From NCBI GenBank assembly GCA_963708025.1, contig CAVPSB010000031.1, positions 160,001 to 224,000 of the forward strand: DNA of 64,000 nt. Reading direction: 5' to 3'. Numbering within the stretch: the first letter of the stretch is position 1; each line of letters opens with the position of its first letter. Of this stretch, positions 11,110 to 20,403 are shown in pieces. The DNA comes from an uncultured Candidatus Rokubacteria bacterium (GTDB lineage: Bacteria; Methylomirabilota; Methylomirabilia; Rokubacteriales; DASRDR01). Both the position numbers and the translations under genes were made by a program. The notes beneath the pieces were generated by a model. The model was not told where the DNA came from and ran no database searches. It saw nothing but the letters and a program-made list of their open reading frames with translations.

Positions 11110-12317
11110 GGCGGCGGGCCGTCTCCGACGACGAGCGTGGAGTCGTTGCCGCCGAAGCCGAACGAGTTGCTCAGGAGCACGGCACGCCCCGGCGGCCGGG
11201 CGCGCTCGCCGGGCGCCACCAGCCGGATCGCGGGGAGGGCGGCATCCGGGACGCCGTCCCAGCAATGCGGCGGCAGGTCGAGGAGACCGTCGCGCCGCCG
11301 CGTGAGCATCAGCCAGCAGATGCCCAGCTCGATCGCGCCCGAGGCGCCGAGCGTGTGTCCCACCAGGGGCTTCGTCGAGCTGCAGGGCACCCGGTCACCG
11401 AGGACGCGGTTCACGGCCCTGGCCTCCATGGCGTCGTTCAGCGCGGTGCCCGTCCCGTGGAGATTGACGTAGCTGACCTCCCGGGCTTCCACCCCCGCGT
11501 CGTCGAGCGCCCGGAGCATCGCCATCTCGGCGCCGGTCCCCTCGGGGTCTGGAGCGGACATGTGGTGGGCCTCGCTGGCCGCCCCGGTCCCGAGGAGCTG
11601 GACGCCGCCGGGGTCCCGTGTGAGCAGGAACAGCGCGGAGCCTTCACCCAGCGTCAGGCCCTTCCGGTTGAGGCTGAACGGGTTGCTCGGCGCGTCGGAC
11701 ACCACCTGGAGCGCGCTGAAGCCGCCGGCGGTCAGCCGGCAGATCGAATCGGTTCCTCCGGCGACGACGGCGTCGCACACCCCCTGGGTGAGCAGCGCGC
11801 GGCCGGACTCGAGGGCCCGCGCTCCGGACGAGCAGGCCGTCGAGATCGTGTAGGCCGGTCCGGCGATCCCCGCGTACTCGGCGAGGAAGACGGCCACCCC
11901 GCCGAATTCCACCTGGACACAATCGAAGCTTGCGGGGAGGCGGCTGGTGCGACGGTGCTCGGCGATCGCCTCCTCGGCGGCGCCGATGCCCGCGGTGCTC
12001 GATCCGGCGACGATCCCGACGCGCTCGGGCCCGACCGCGGCCATGACTGCCCGCACCGTCGCCTCGATCTGCACGAAGGCGGCGAGCGACAGCGAGTTGT
12101 TCCGGCACGCGTGCCGGGACAGCGCCGCCGGGATCTCCGGCAGGCGGTCGGACACTTCGCCCACCAGCAGCGAGCGGCCCGGGACGAGGTCCTCGCGGCG
12201 ATGAAGACGAGACTGGTCGGCAGCCAGGACCCGCGACCAGATCGTGTCCAGGTCGCTCCCCAGGGCGTTCACCATCCCGAGAGCGGCCAGCGCGCAGGGG
12301 GCGGACGAGCGACTCAC
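11106..12317 (-). CDS. Beta-ketoacyl-ACP synthase (ApeO-like)
   Basis: ISTACSSG, NLHGTGT, GHTLGA, SNSFGFGG; start placed at GTG 12317 (uncertain). Confidence 0.9.
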   Translation of the reverse strand: MSRSSAPCALAALGMVNALGSDLDTIWSRVLAADQSRLHRREDLVPGRSLLVGEVSDRLPEIPAALSRHACRNNSLSLAAFVQIEATVRAVMAAVGPERVGIVAGSSTAGIGAAEEAIAEHRRTSRLPASFDCVQVEFGGVAVFLAEYAGIAGPAYTISTACSSGARALESGRALLTQGVCDAVVAGGTDSICRLTAGGFSALQVVSDAPSNPFSLNRKGLTLGEGSALFLLTRDPGGVQLLGTGAASEAHHMSAPDPEGTGAEMAMLRALDDAGVEAREVSYVNLHGTGTALNDAMEARAVNRVLGDRVPCSSTKPLVGHTLGASGAIELGICWLMLTRRRDGLLDLPPHCWDGVPDAALPAIRLVAPGERARPPGRAVLLSNSFGFGGNDSTLVVGDGPPP

Positions 12318-12342
12318 GCCACGGTCGGCCGCCGATGCGGCA

Positions 12343-13620
12343 CTAGCCGGTGTCTTCGCGGAGAGTGGCGCGGGCGATCTCGAGGAACCGCGCGAGGTCG
12401 GCATCCGTGTGGGCCAGGGAGAGGTAGAGCTTGGTGGACATCGGGTTCAGGAAGATGCCGCGCCGGAAGAGGCCGAGGAGAAAGGCCCGCCGCCTGGCTC
12501 CGTCGGCGTGGAAGGCGCTCCGGTAGTCGACGACGTCCCGGTCGGTGAACACGACGGCGGCCAGCGGGCCGTCGCCCTGGACCTGGGCGGTGACGCCCTC
12601 CTCCTTCAGGACGGCGCGGAGTCCCGCCCGGAGCGACTCGCCGAGGGCGAAGAGCCGGTCGTACGTCCCCGGCTGGCGCAGCTCCCCGAGCGTGGCGAGC
12701 GCCGCTGCCGACGAGACGGGGTTGCCGCCGACGCTGGAGGCGAACCACACGTAGCCCGGCTGGCCGAGCCGGTCCTCGCGGACGAGGTCGAGGAGATCGG
12801 CCCGCCCGACGACGGCGCCGATCGGGTAACCGCCGCCCAGGGCCTTGCCGAGCGCCGCCAGGTCCGGCTCCACGCCGTAGTACTCCTGGGCGCCGCCGTA
12901 CGCCAGGCGGAAGCCGGTGACGGTCTCGTCGAAGATCAGGGGCAGGCCGAGCCGCCGCGTCCGGTCGCGCAGGCCCTGGAGGAACCCCGGGCGGGGGGGC
13001 GTGCACCGGTGGAGCGGCTCGACGATCACGCCGGCCAGCTCGTCCCGGTGGGCGTCCAGGATCGCCGCCGTCGTCTCGAGGTCGTTGAACGGGGCGACGA
13101 GTATGTCTGCGACCGCCCCGGCGCCCAGGCCGGCCGAGGTCGCCTCCCCCCGGGGGAATGGGAGCAGCTCGCGCGGGAAGAGGCTGACCGTGCCGATCTC
13201 GTTGGCGCCGTGGTACGCGCCCTCGAACTTGAGGATCTTCGGCCGCCCGGTGGCCGCGCGGGCCAGCCGGACGGCGTAGGCGGTCGCCTCGGTGCCCGAG
13301 GCGCAGAAGCGGACGCGCCGGGCACACGGGACGGCGTGGACCAGCGCCTCGGCCAGCTCGAGCGTCGGCGCGCTCACGTAGGCGAAGTTGGCGCCGAGCG
13401 CGGCCTGGCGGCGCGCCGCCTCGGTGACGGCCGGATGGGCGTGGCCGAGGAGGACCGACCCCCAGCCCATGGTGAAGTCGAGGAAGGCGCGCCCGTCGGT
13501 GTCCCAGACGGTCGCCCCCTCGCCGCGGGCGAGGACGACGGTCAGCCCGGCCGGCAGGTTGTACTCGCCGAGCGAGCCGCCGGGGAAGACGGCCCACGCG
13601 CGCTCGGCCGGCGTCGCCAT
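12343..13620 (-). CDS. Class III PLP aminotransferase (glutamate-1-semialdehyde aminomutase-like)
   Basis: SGTEAT, FEGAYHG, IFDETVTGFR, LGKALGGG. Confidence 0.9.
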   Translation of the reverse strand: MATPAERAWAVFPGGSLGEYNLPAGLTVVLARGEGATVWDTDGRAFLDFTMGWGSVLLGHAHPAVTEAARRQAALGANFAYVSAPTLELAEALVHAVPCARRVRFCASGTEATAYAVRLARAATGRPKILKFEGAYHGANEIGTVSLFPRELLPFPRGEATSAGLGAGAVADILVAPFNDLETTAAILDAHRDELAGVIVEPLHRCTPPRPGFLQGLRDRTRRLGLPLIFDETVTGFRLAYGGAQEYYGVEPDLAALGKALGGGYPIGAVVGRADLLDLVREDRLGQPGYVWFASSVGGNPVSSAAALATLGELRQPGTYDRLFALGESLRAGLRAVLKEEGVTAQVQGDGPLAAVVFTDRDVVDYRSAFHADGARRRAFLLGLFRRGIFLNPMSTKLYLSLAHTDADLARFLEIARATLREDTG

Positions 13621-13698
13621 GATCCCGGATTATGACCGCGACGCCGGCGCTGTCAACGCGCTTGCCGGGAGTGGTAGGCTGGGAGCGAGGAGGCGTCC

Positions 13699-14106
13699 AT
13701 GGCCGACAGGATCGTCAAGTCCGACGCGGAGTGGCGAGCGCAGCTCACCCCGGAGCAGTACCGGGTGCTCCGGAAGCACGGCACCGAGGGCGCGTTCACG
13801 GGGGAGTACCATGACTCGAAGGCGCCCGGGGTGTACCGCTGCGCCGGCTGCGGGACCCCGCTGTTCCGCTCCGAGACGAAGTTCGACTCGGGGACGGGGT
13901 GGCCGAGCTTCTTCGAGCCGATCGGTCCGGAGGCCGTGAGCACCACCGAGGACAACAGCTGGTTCATGCGACGGACCGAGGTCCGCTGCGCCCGGTGTGA
14001 GGGGCACCTCGGCCACGTCTTCGACGACGGGCCGCCGCCCACCGGCCTGCGCTACTGCATGAACTCGGCGGCGCTCCGCCTGGAGCCCTCGGACAAGCCG
14101 TCGTGA
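13699..14106 (+). CDS. msrB: Peptide-methionine (R)-S-oxide reductase
   Basis: [30 protein letters not shown], two CxxC. Confidence 0.96.
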   Translation: MADRIVKSDAEWRAQLTPEQYRVLRKHGTEGAFTGEYHDSKAPGVYRCAGCGTPLFRSETKFDSGTGWPSFFEPIGPEAVSTTEDNSWFMRRTEVRCARCEGHLGHVFDDGPPPTGLRYCMNSAALRLEPSDKPS

Positions 14107-14999
14107 CGCCGACCCTCCGGTCGGTCTCGGAGGTGGTGGACAGCGTCCGCACCCTGGAAGGCGCCGGCTTCGCCGTCCGGCGTCCGTTCCCGTCGCCCCG
14201 GCTGGACCACGTGGACCCCTTCCTGCTCCTCGACGAAATGGGGCCGATGGACCTCGGACCGGGCGAGGCGAAGGGGGCCCCCGACCACCCGCACCGCGGC
14301 TTCGAGACCGTGACCTACGTCCTGTCCGGGCGGATGGCGCACCGAGACTCGCACGGCCACGCCGGGCAGCTCGGCCCCGGCGACGTCCAGTGGATGACGG
14401 CGGGCGCCGGCGTGATCCACTCCGAGATGCCCGAGGAGGAGTTCCGGCGGGCCGGCGGCCGGATGCACGGGTTCCAGCTCTGGGTCAACCTGCCCCGGCG
14501 CGACAAGCTGATGGCGCCGCGCTATCAGGAATTCCCGGCCGCCCAGATCCCGACGGGCCGGAGCGATGGCGACGGTGTGACCGTGCGGGTGCTGGCCGGC
14601 GAGGCGCTCGAGGCTCGCGCGGTGATCGACACGCGGACCCCGATCGTCTACCTTCACTACACGCTCCAGCCGGGCGCCCGCACCGTGCAGCCGGTGCCGG
14701 CCGCGTTCACCGCGCTCGCCTACGTGTTCGGCGGCGAGGGACGCTTCGGGACGGACGAGCGGGCCGCCCGCGACGGTCAGCTCGTGATTTTCGCCGGTGA
14801 CGGCGACGCGGTCGCGGTGGCGGCGCCCGCGGGGGCGGCCCGCCCGCTGGAGCTCCTGCTGCTCGCCGGCCAGCCGCTCCGCGAGCCGGTCGCCCGCTAC
14901 GGCCCGTTCGTCATGAACACGCCGGGCGAGATCCGCCAGGCCCTGCTCGACTACGAGAGCGGCCGCTTCGGCCGGATCGAGAGCCCGGACGCGGTCTGA
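14103..14999 (+). CDS. Pirin family protein
   Basis: [44 protein letters not shown]. Confidence 0.95.
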   Translation: MTPTLRSVSEVVDSVRTLEGAGFAVRRPFPSPRLDHVDPFLLLDEMGPMDLGPGEAKGAPDHPHRGFETVTYVLSGRMAHRDSHGHAGQLGPGDVQWMTAGAGVIHSEMPEEEFRRAGGRMHGFQLWVNLPRRDKLMAPRYQEFPAAQIPTGRSDGDGVTVRVLAGEALEARAVIDTRTPIVYLHYTLQPGARTVQPVPAAFTALAYVFGGEGRFGTDERAARDGQLVIFAGDGDAVAVAAPAGAARPLELLLLAGQPLREPVARYGPFVMNTPGEIRQALLDYESGRFGRIESPDAV

Positions 15000-15015
15000 T
15001 CCCGTTTCCGGGCCT

Positions 15016-15432
15016 TCACTCCTTGGCGGCCAGGAGGCCCACGATCGCCACCAGGCGCCGGGCATCGACGGGCTTGGGCACGTGATACTGGAACCCCGCT
15101 CGCAAGATCTGAGCCCGATCCTCCGCGCTCCAGAGCCCTGTCAGCGCCGCCGCGGGGGTCTGCCCGCCACGGCCGACCGGCAGCGCGCGCACCTTCCGGA
15201 TCAATGCGTAGCCATCCTCACCGGGCATCTCGATGTCCGTGATCAGCACATCCGGTCGCTCGCGCTCCAGGATCTCGAGCGCCTCCCGCGCCCCCGGGGC
15301 CGCCGTCACCACCGCCCCGAAGCGCTCGAGCAGCAGCGTGATGACGTCGCGCACCGCGGCATGGTCGTCGACGAGCAGTACCCGCAGACCCTCGAGTGGT
15401 GGAATTGGGTCGGCCAGGGCGGGCTGGCTCAT
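15016..15432 (-). CDS. Single-domain response regulator
   Basis: VLLVDDH, LITDIEMP, ALTG, HVPKP. Confidence 0.9.
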   Translation of the reverse strand: MSQPALADPIPPLEGLRVLLVDDHAAVRDVITLLLERFGAVVTAAPGAREALEILERERPDVLITDIEMPGEDGYALIRKVRALPVGRGGQTPAAALTGLWSAEDRAQILRAGFQYHVPKPVDARRLVAIVGLLAAKE

Positions 15433-15854
15433 GGGACTCTCCGGACGGCAGCGTTCTCCAGCGCCTGGCGCACCGCCTGAACGACGAGCTCGAACAGATC
15501 CGGCTTGCCGATGATGGACAGCTGGACGTCGACGGGGGGTAACACGATCTTCAGGGCCTCGTCATTCGTCGTGGCCAGGATCCATCCGCGGCGCTTGAGC
15601 CCGTCTGTCGTCCCCAGCAGGCGAAGGAAGTTGAGATGCTCTTCATACGCTCGCGGGAGGTCGAACAGGACGACATCCGGATCGTGTTCATCGAGGAAGG
15701 CGACGAGGTCCAGGACGCCGCTCTGGATCTCTGCGATCCGTCCGAGGACGGTCTGGAACCCGTGGTCCTCGAGGGCCCGCGCCAGCATCTCGATCACGTC
15801 ATCGGCAGAGTTGAAGATTGCCACGACCGGCCTGGGTCGGCTTACCTCTGGCAC
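15429..15854 (-). CDS. Atypical single-domain receiver protein
   Basis: VAIFNSADD, PDVVLFDL, ATTN, IIGKP; ATGA overlap with next gene. Confidence 0.7.
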   Translation of the reverse strand: MPEVSRPRPVVAIFNSADDVIEMLARALEDHGFQTVLGRIAEIQSGVLDLVAFLDEHDPDVVLFDLPRAYEEHLNFLRLLGTTDGLKRRGWILATTNDEALKIVLPPVDVQLSIIGKPDLFELVVQAVRQALENAAVRRVP

Positions 15855-16085
15855 ACTTCACCATTCCTGTCCTGCCGGTTCACGCGGTGACGGCCGTCAG
15901 TAAGACCCGGCCCTCCGTCGTGCAAGCCGACTGTCGAGACCCAAGGAGGCAAGATACGCTCACCCGGGACTCCGGACGGTGGGACTACTCGGACAGCCTA
16001 GACATCCTGCGGGATGGGTAGGCCAGCAAAGCGCGACCCAGAGGCCTCCAGCTCCCCTGATGGCCGGAATGGAGGGAACGACGAC

Positions 16086-16114
16086 ACTATAGACCGCCGG
16101 GCTCGGGTTGTCAA
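16086..16114 (-). promoter_or_regulatory. Sigma70-type promoter for the receiver pair
   Basis: Minus strand TTGACA-N17-TATAGT. Confidence 0.6.
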
Positions 16115-16191
16115 CGGAATGATCCCGGTCGTCGTGAAACAGTTCACGATGGGCGGGACCGCCGGATCGGGCGGGTCGAGGTCGGAGAGGT

Positions 16192-17037
16192 TCAGCCGGC
16201 CGTCGGGATCCCGAAGGCCTCGCGCATCCCCTGCAGGCCCTGCTGCTGGACCGTCCAGAACCGGCCCCCGGTCAGCCCACCGTCGACGACGATGTCCTGC
16301 CCGGTGATGAAGCTCGACTCGTCGCTGGCCAGGAAGACCGCGGCGCTCGCGATGTCCTCGGGCATCCCGGCCCGCGGAACGGGCTGGAGGCCGGCGAAGA
16401 TCTTCGCGACGATGGGGGCGGTCGCCTCGGCCTGCTCGGTGGGGAGCCCCAGGGCCTTGCCGAAGATGCCGGTGACGATGCCGCCGGGGGAGAGGCTGTT
16501 GACCCGCACGTGGTGCTCGGCGAGCTGCATCGCGGCCACGCGCGAGAGGTGGATGACGGCGGCCTTGGCCGCCGCGTAGATCATGGACGACGAGTAGCCG
16601 GCCCGGGTGCCGGCGACGCTGGCGGTGTTGATGATGCTGCCGCTCCGCTGCCGCATCATGATCGGGGCGGCGTGCTTCATGCCGGCCAGCACGCCGCCGA
16701 AGAGAACGGCCATTGCCCGCTCGGCGCCGTCGAGCGGGATCGTCTCGATCCCGCCCACGGGCGCCGGGCCGCCGGCGTTGTTGAACAGGCAGTCGAGCCG
16801 CCCGTAGCGGGCGAGCGTGAAGTCGATCACCGCCTTCACGTCGGCCTCGCGGGCGACGTCCGTCCGGACGAACTCGACGGTCTTCCCGAGGGCCCGGGCC
16901 AGCGCCTGGCCCTCCGCCTCCCGGCGGGCGGCCACCACCACACAGGCGCCCTCCTCGACGAAGCGCTCGACGGCGCGCTTGCCGATGCCGCTGGTGCCGC
17001 CGGTGATGATCGCGATCTTCCCCTCGAGTCGACCCAT
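16192..17037 (-). CDS. Short-chain dehydrogenase/reductase
   Basis: ITGGTSGIG, NNAG, YAAAK, RVNSLSPG, VVDGG; alternative GTG start at 17046 overlaps upstream stop. Confidence 0.93.
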   Translation of the reverse strand: MGRLEGKIAIITGGTSGIGKRAVERFVEEGACVVVAARREAEGQALARALGKTVEFVRTDVAREADVKAVIDFTLARYGRLDCLFNNAGGPAPVGGIETIPLDGAERAMAVLFGGVLAGMKHAAPIMMRQRSGSIINTASVAGTRAGYSSSMIYAAAKAAVIHLSRVAAMQLAEHHVRVNSLSPGGIVTGIFGKALGLPTEQAEATAPIVAKIFAGLQPVPRAGMPEDIASAAVFLASDESSFITGQDIVVDGGLTGGRFWTVQQQGLQGMREAFGIPTAG

Positions 17038-17042
17038 CCGGG

Positions 17043-19361
17043 TCACGCCTTCTTCTGGATCGCGCGCCAGACGCGCTCGGGCCGGATCGGCATGTCGAGG
17101 TGCCGCACGCCGAACGGCCGGAGGGCGTCGACCACCGCGTTGACGATGGCCGGCGTCGAGCCGATGGTCGCCGCCTCGCCGATGCCCTTGGCCCCCATCG
17201 GGTTGAACGGCGTCGGCGTCACCGTCTGATCGGTGACGAAGGATGGCAGGTCGTCGGCGCGCGGGACGGCGTAGTCCATGAGGGAGCCGGTGACGAGCTG
17301 GCCCTCGGGGCTGTAGACCAGCTCCTCCAGCAGGGCCTGGGCGATGCCCTGGGCGAGCCCCCCGTGCACCTGGCCGGCGACCAGCATCGGGCTGATCCGC
17401 ACGCCGCAGTCGTCAACCGAGTAGAACGCGCGCACCGTGACCTGCCCGGTCTCGCGATCCACCTCGACCACGGCCACGTGGGCCCCGAACGGATAGATGA
17501 GCTGGGCCGGCCGGAAGAAGTCGCTCGCCTCCAGGCCGTTCTCCAGGCCCTCGGGCAGGTCCGCGCCGTAGGCGCGGCCGGCGATCTCGCGCAGCGCGAG
17601 GCTGCGCGCCGGCACCCCCTTGACCTGGTAGCGGCCGTCCGCCAGCGTCACGTCCTCGAAGGCGGCCTCCAGCATGTGGGCCGCGACCCGGCGGGCTTTC
17701 TCCTGCACCTTGTGCGTGGCGCCTAGCATGGCGGAGCCCCCCACGGCCAGGCTCCGGCTCCCGCCGGTGCCGTTCCCCATCGGCGTGTTGGCGGTGTCGC
17801 CGTGCCGGACCACGACCTGGTCGAAGTCCACCCCGAGGTGGTCGGCGATGATCTGGGCGAAGGTGGTCTCGTGCCCCTGGCCGTGGGGCGAGGTGCCGGT
17901 GAACGCGGTGACGGTGCCGGTCGGCTCCACCCGCACCACCGCGCTCTCGAACGGGCCGAAGCCGCACATCTCGACGTAGCACGCCAGCCCGACGCCGAGG
18001 AGCTTCCGGTCGCCCTTCTGCACGCGCTCCTTCTGCTCGGCGCGGAGCTTCGCATAGCCGGAGATCTCCAGCGCCTTCGTCAGCGCCCGGTCGTACTCGC
18101 CGCTGTCGTAGCGCTGGCCGGTCGGCGTCATGTACGGGAAGGCTTCAGGCGGGATGAAGTTCTTCCGCCGCACCGCCTCGGGGGCCAGGCCCAGCTCGGC
18201 CGCCACCAGGTCGACGAGGCGCTCCAGGTAGTAGGCGGCCTCCGGCCGTCCGGCGCCGCGGTAAGCGGCGACCGGGGTCGTGTTGGTGAACACGCAGGTG
18301 ACCTTCAGGTCGACGTTGGGGACCTTGTAGACGCCGACGCCCATCATGAGCGTGAGGTCCGGGATGAAGGTGAAGATCGGGTAGGCGCCGACGTTGGCGA
18401 CCACCCGCATGCGGAACGCGGTGATGGTCCCGTCGGCCTCGACCGCCGCCTCCATGTCGGTGACGTGGTCCCGCCCGTGGGTGGTGGCGAGCATGTGCTC
18501 GAGCCGGGTCTCGCCCCAGCGGACCGGAATCCGGTAGCGGTGGGCGATGGCCGCCAGCACGGCGTCCTCGGGATAGAGGCCGAACTTCACGCCGAAGCCG
18601 CCGCCCACCTCGGGGGCGATGACCCGGACCATGTTCTCGGGCAGGCCGAGCGCGGTCGCGATGTCCTTCCGCTGGATGTGGGGCGCCTGGGTGGTCGTCC
18701 AGACGACGAGGCCGTCCGTCGCCCGGTCGGGCGCCGCCAGCGTGGCCCGGGGCTCCAGCGGCACGCCGCACAGCCGCTGGTTGACCATCCGCTGCTTGAC
18801 CACGCGGTGGGCGCGGCCGAACGCCGCGTCGGCATCGCCGGCCGTGATCTGGTTCTCGTGCTCGACGTTCCGGGGGGCGTCGGCGAAGAGCTGGGGCGCG
18901 CCGTCGGCCATGGCCTGGAACGGATCGACGACGGCGGCCAGGGGCTCCCAGTCCACCTGGACCTCGGCGGCGGCGTTGACGGCCAGGGCCTCGGAGGTGG
19001 CCACCACCGCGGCCACCGCCTCGCCCACGTGCCGCACGAGGTCCACCGACAGCGCATGGTGCTGCCGGCCGGGGGCGCCGCTGCTGGCCCCCCCCTCCGC
19101 CGAGACCGAGGCGAGCGGGACCGGGGCCACGCGACCGGCCAGGTCCCGACCGGTCAGCACCGCGAAGACGCCCGGCCGCTTCGCCGCCGCCGAGGTGTCG
19201 ATGCTCCGGATCCGGGCGTGCGCGTGCGGACTTCGGACGAAGGTGACGAAGTGCATCCCCGGCAGCGTGATGTCGGTCGTGTAGGTCGAAGCACCCGTGA
19301 TCAGCCGCGGGTCCTCCTTCCGCTTGACCTCGGCGCCCATGAGCTTGAGCGGACCAGGCAT
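17043..19361 (-). CDS. Xanthine dehydrogenase family Mo-binding subunit (CoxL form II-like)
   Basis: VGGGFG, AYRGAGR, HGQGHET, AKGIGE. Confidence 0.93.
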   Translation of the reverse strand: MPGPLKLMGAEVKRKEDPRLITGASTYTTDITLPGMHFVTFVRSPHAHARIRSIDTSAAAKRPGVFAVLTGRDLAGRVAPVPLASVSAEGGASSGAPGRQHHALSVDLVRHVGEAVAAVVATSEALAVNAAAEVQVDWEPLAAVVDPFQAMADGAPQLFADAPRNVEHENQITAGDADAAFGRAHRVVKQRMVNQRLCGVPLEPRATLAAPDRATDGLVVWTTTQAPHIQRKDIATALGLPENMVRVIAPEVGGGFGVKFGLYPEDAVLAAIAHRYRIPVRWGETRLEHMLATTHGRDHVTDMEAAVEADGTITAFRMRVVANVGAYPIFTFIPDLTLMMGVGVYKVPNVDLKVTCVFTNTTPVAAYRGAGRPEAAYYLERLVDLVAAELGLAPEAVRRKNFIPPEAFPYMTPTGQRYDSGEYDRALTKALEISGYAKLRAEQKERVQKGDRKLLGVGLACYVEMCGFGPFESAVVRVEPTGTVTAFTGTSPHGQGHETTFAQIIADHLGVDFDQVVVRHGDTANTPMGNGTGGSRSLAVGGSAMLGATHKVQEKARRVAAHMLEAAFEDVTLADGRYQVKGVPARSLALREIAGRAYGADLPEGLENGLEASDFFRPAQLIYPFGAHVAVVEVDRETGQVTVRAFYSVDDCGVRISPMLVAGQVHGGLAQGIAQALLEELVYSPEGQLVTGSLMDYAVPRADDLPSFVTDQTVTPTPFNPMGAKGIGEAATIGSTPAIVNAVVDALRPFGVRHLDMPIRPERVWRAIQKKA

Positions 19362-19376
19362 ACCCGAGTTCTCCTT

Positions 19377-19416
19377 CCGTCAGTGGCCGTCAGTGGCCGT
19401 CAGTGGCCGTCAGTAG
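19377..19416. repeat. 10-bp tandem repeat (CCGTCAGTGG)x3 + CCGTCAGTAG
   Basis: Directly visible; abuts the AAGGAG RBS of the CoxL-like gene. Confidence 0.9.
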
Positions 19417-19755
19417 CCTTCGGTTGCGGGTGGTGGGGCAGGGGCCCCCGTCCCAAGGTAGAACAAACTGGCGAAACGTCAATGCGTCCCCCGGCCCGGC
19501 CACCAGGGACCGCCGTGCCGCCGGAGCGAAGGGGCTCGGCGAGGCGCCCCGCCGCATCGCCGTCGGCGCTGGCCGCATCTTCGCGGCTTCGCGGCCGACC
19601 CTGCCCCGGCCGGGGCTCGGGATCCTCGCGGGGGGGCGGCGGAGGAACTTGCCCGTGGCGCCAGCGTGACGCGGGCCCTCCGCGCGGTCGAGCCTCGCGG
19701 ACCGACGGGGGTACCGGCCCGAAGCGTGTCCGCGTCCGTGGCCGCCCCCGTATCG

Positions 19756-19854
19756 ATCCGTGAGCACGGCGCGCCGCCGCCCGCCAGCCTCCGCGGCCTT
19801 GCCCGGGTCCGCTGTGTCGACTGCGCGTTCGAGCGGCTGGTGCCCTTCTCGTGT
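19756..19854 (+). mobile_element. IS91-family transposase zinc-binding domain relic
   Basis: GLARVRCVDCAFERLVPFSC matches the IS91 N-terminal GFARVRCxxCxxERLVxFSC pattern; remainder absent. Confidence 0.7.
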
Positions 19855-20006
19855 TGTCCGGAGCTGAATACTATCTGGAGCTTCTGCTCCGGAGGTCCGT
19901 AGGAGCACCGCCTGGTCAGCCCGCTCGGGCGCTGGCAGGAGCCGGGTTTCTGGAGATAGTTTCTCCCCGGGGGCACGCGATGGTGGCGGCCCCAGGGAGG
20001 AAGCGC

Positions 20007-20172
20007 ATGCCTGTCTGCTCCCCGATTCCAGTTCTCGGGCTGTCGGCCGTCCAGTCGCGAGCCTTCCGGATCCTCGTCGGCGCGTACGAACGGAGACTCG
20101 TCCGGACCGGGTACCACCCCACGGTCGTCCGGCTTCATCTCCACTCCATCGCGCACCTCGGCGTGTGGTTTC
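20007..20172 (+). pseudogene. Tyrosine-recombinase (RIT-type) N-terminal relic
   Basis: GGGAGG RBS; AYERRLVRTGYHPTVVRLHLHSIAHLGVWF resembles RIT integrase N-termini; no catalytic domain follows. Confidence 0.5.
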
Positions 20173-20403
20173 CTCCGCACCGCCACCGTTGTCGGCGCCG
20201 GCTGACGTTACGTCCCCCCGGGGAGACCCGGGTCGAGAAAGTTGACTTAGCCCCTCTGTGAGCGCTCAACAGATTGTCCGCCGGGATGATACGGCTGATG
20301 GGCAGGCCCGCGAACTGGGGGCGGAGACGGAAAGGTCGCCAGCCACCCGCTTCATGGCCACCTCCGGGAACAGCCGGGAGCTACGCTGGGGGGCGGCGAC
20401 AGG

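Noticed and set aside
17043-19361. True aerobic CO dehydrogenase
   Set aside because: It has AYRGAGR rather than AYXCSFR and lacks coxMS and accessory genes.
19377-19416. CRISPR array
   Set aside because: 10-bp contiguous units, no spacers, no cas genes.
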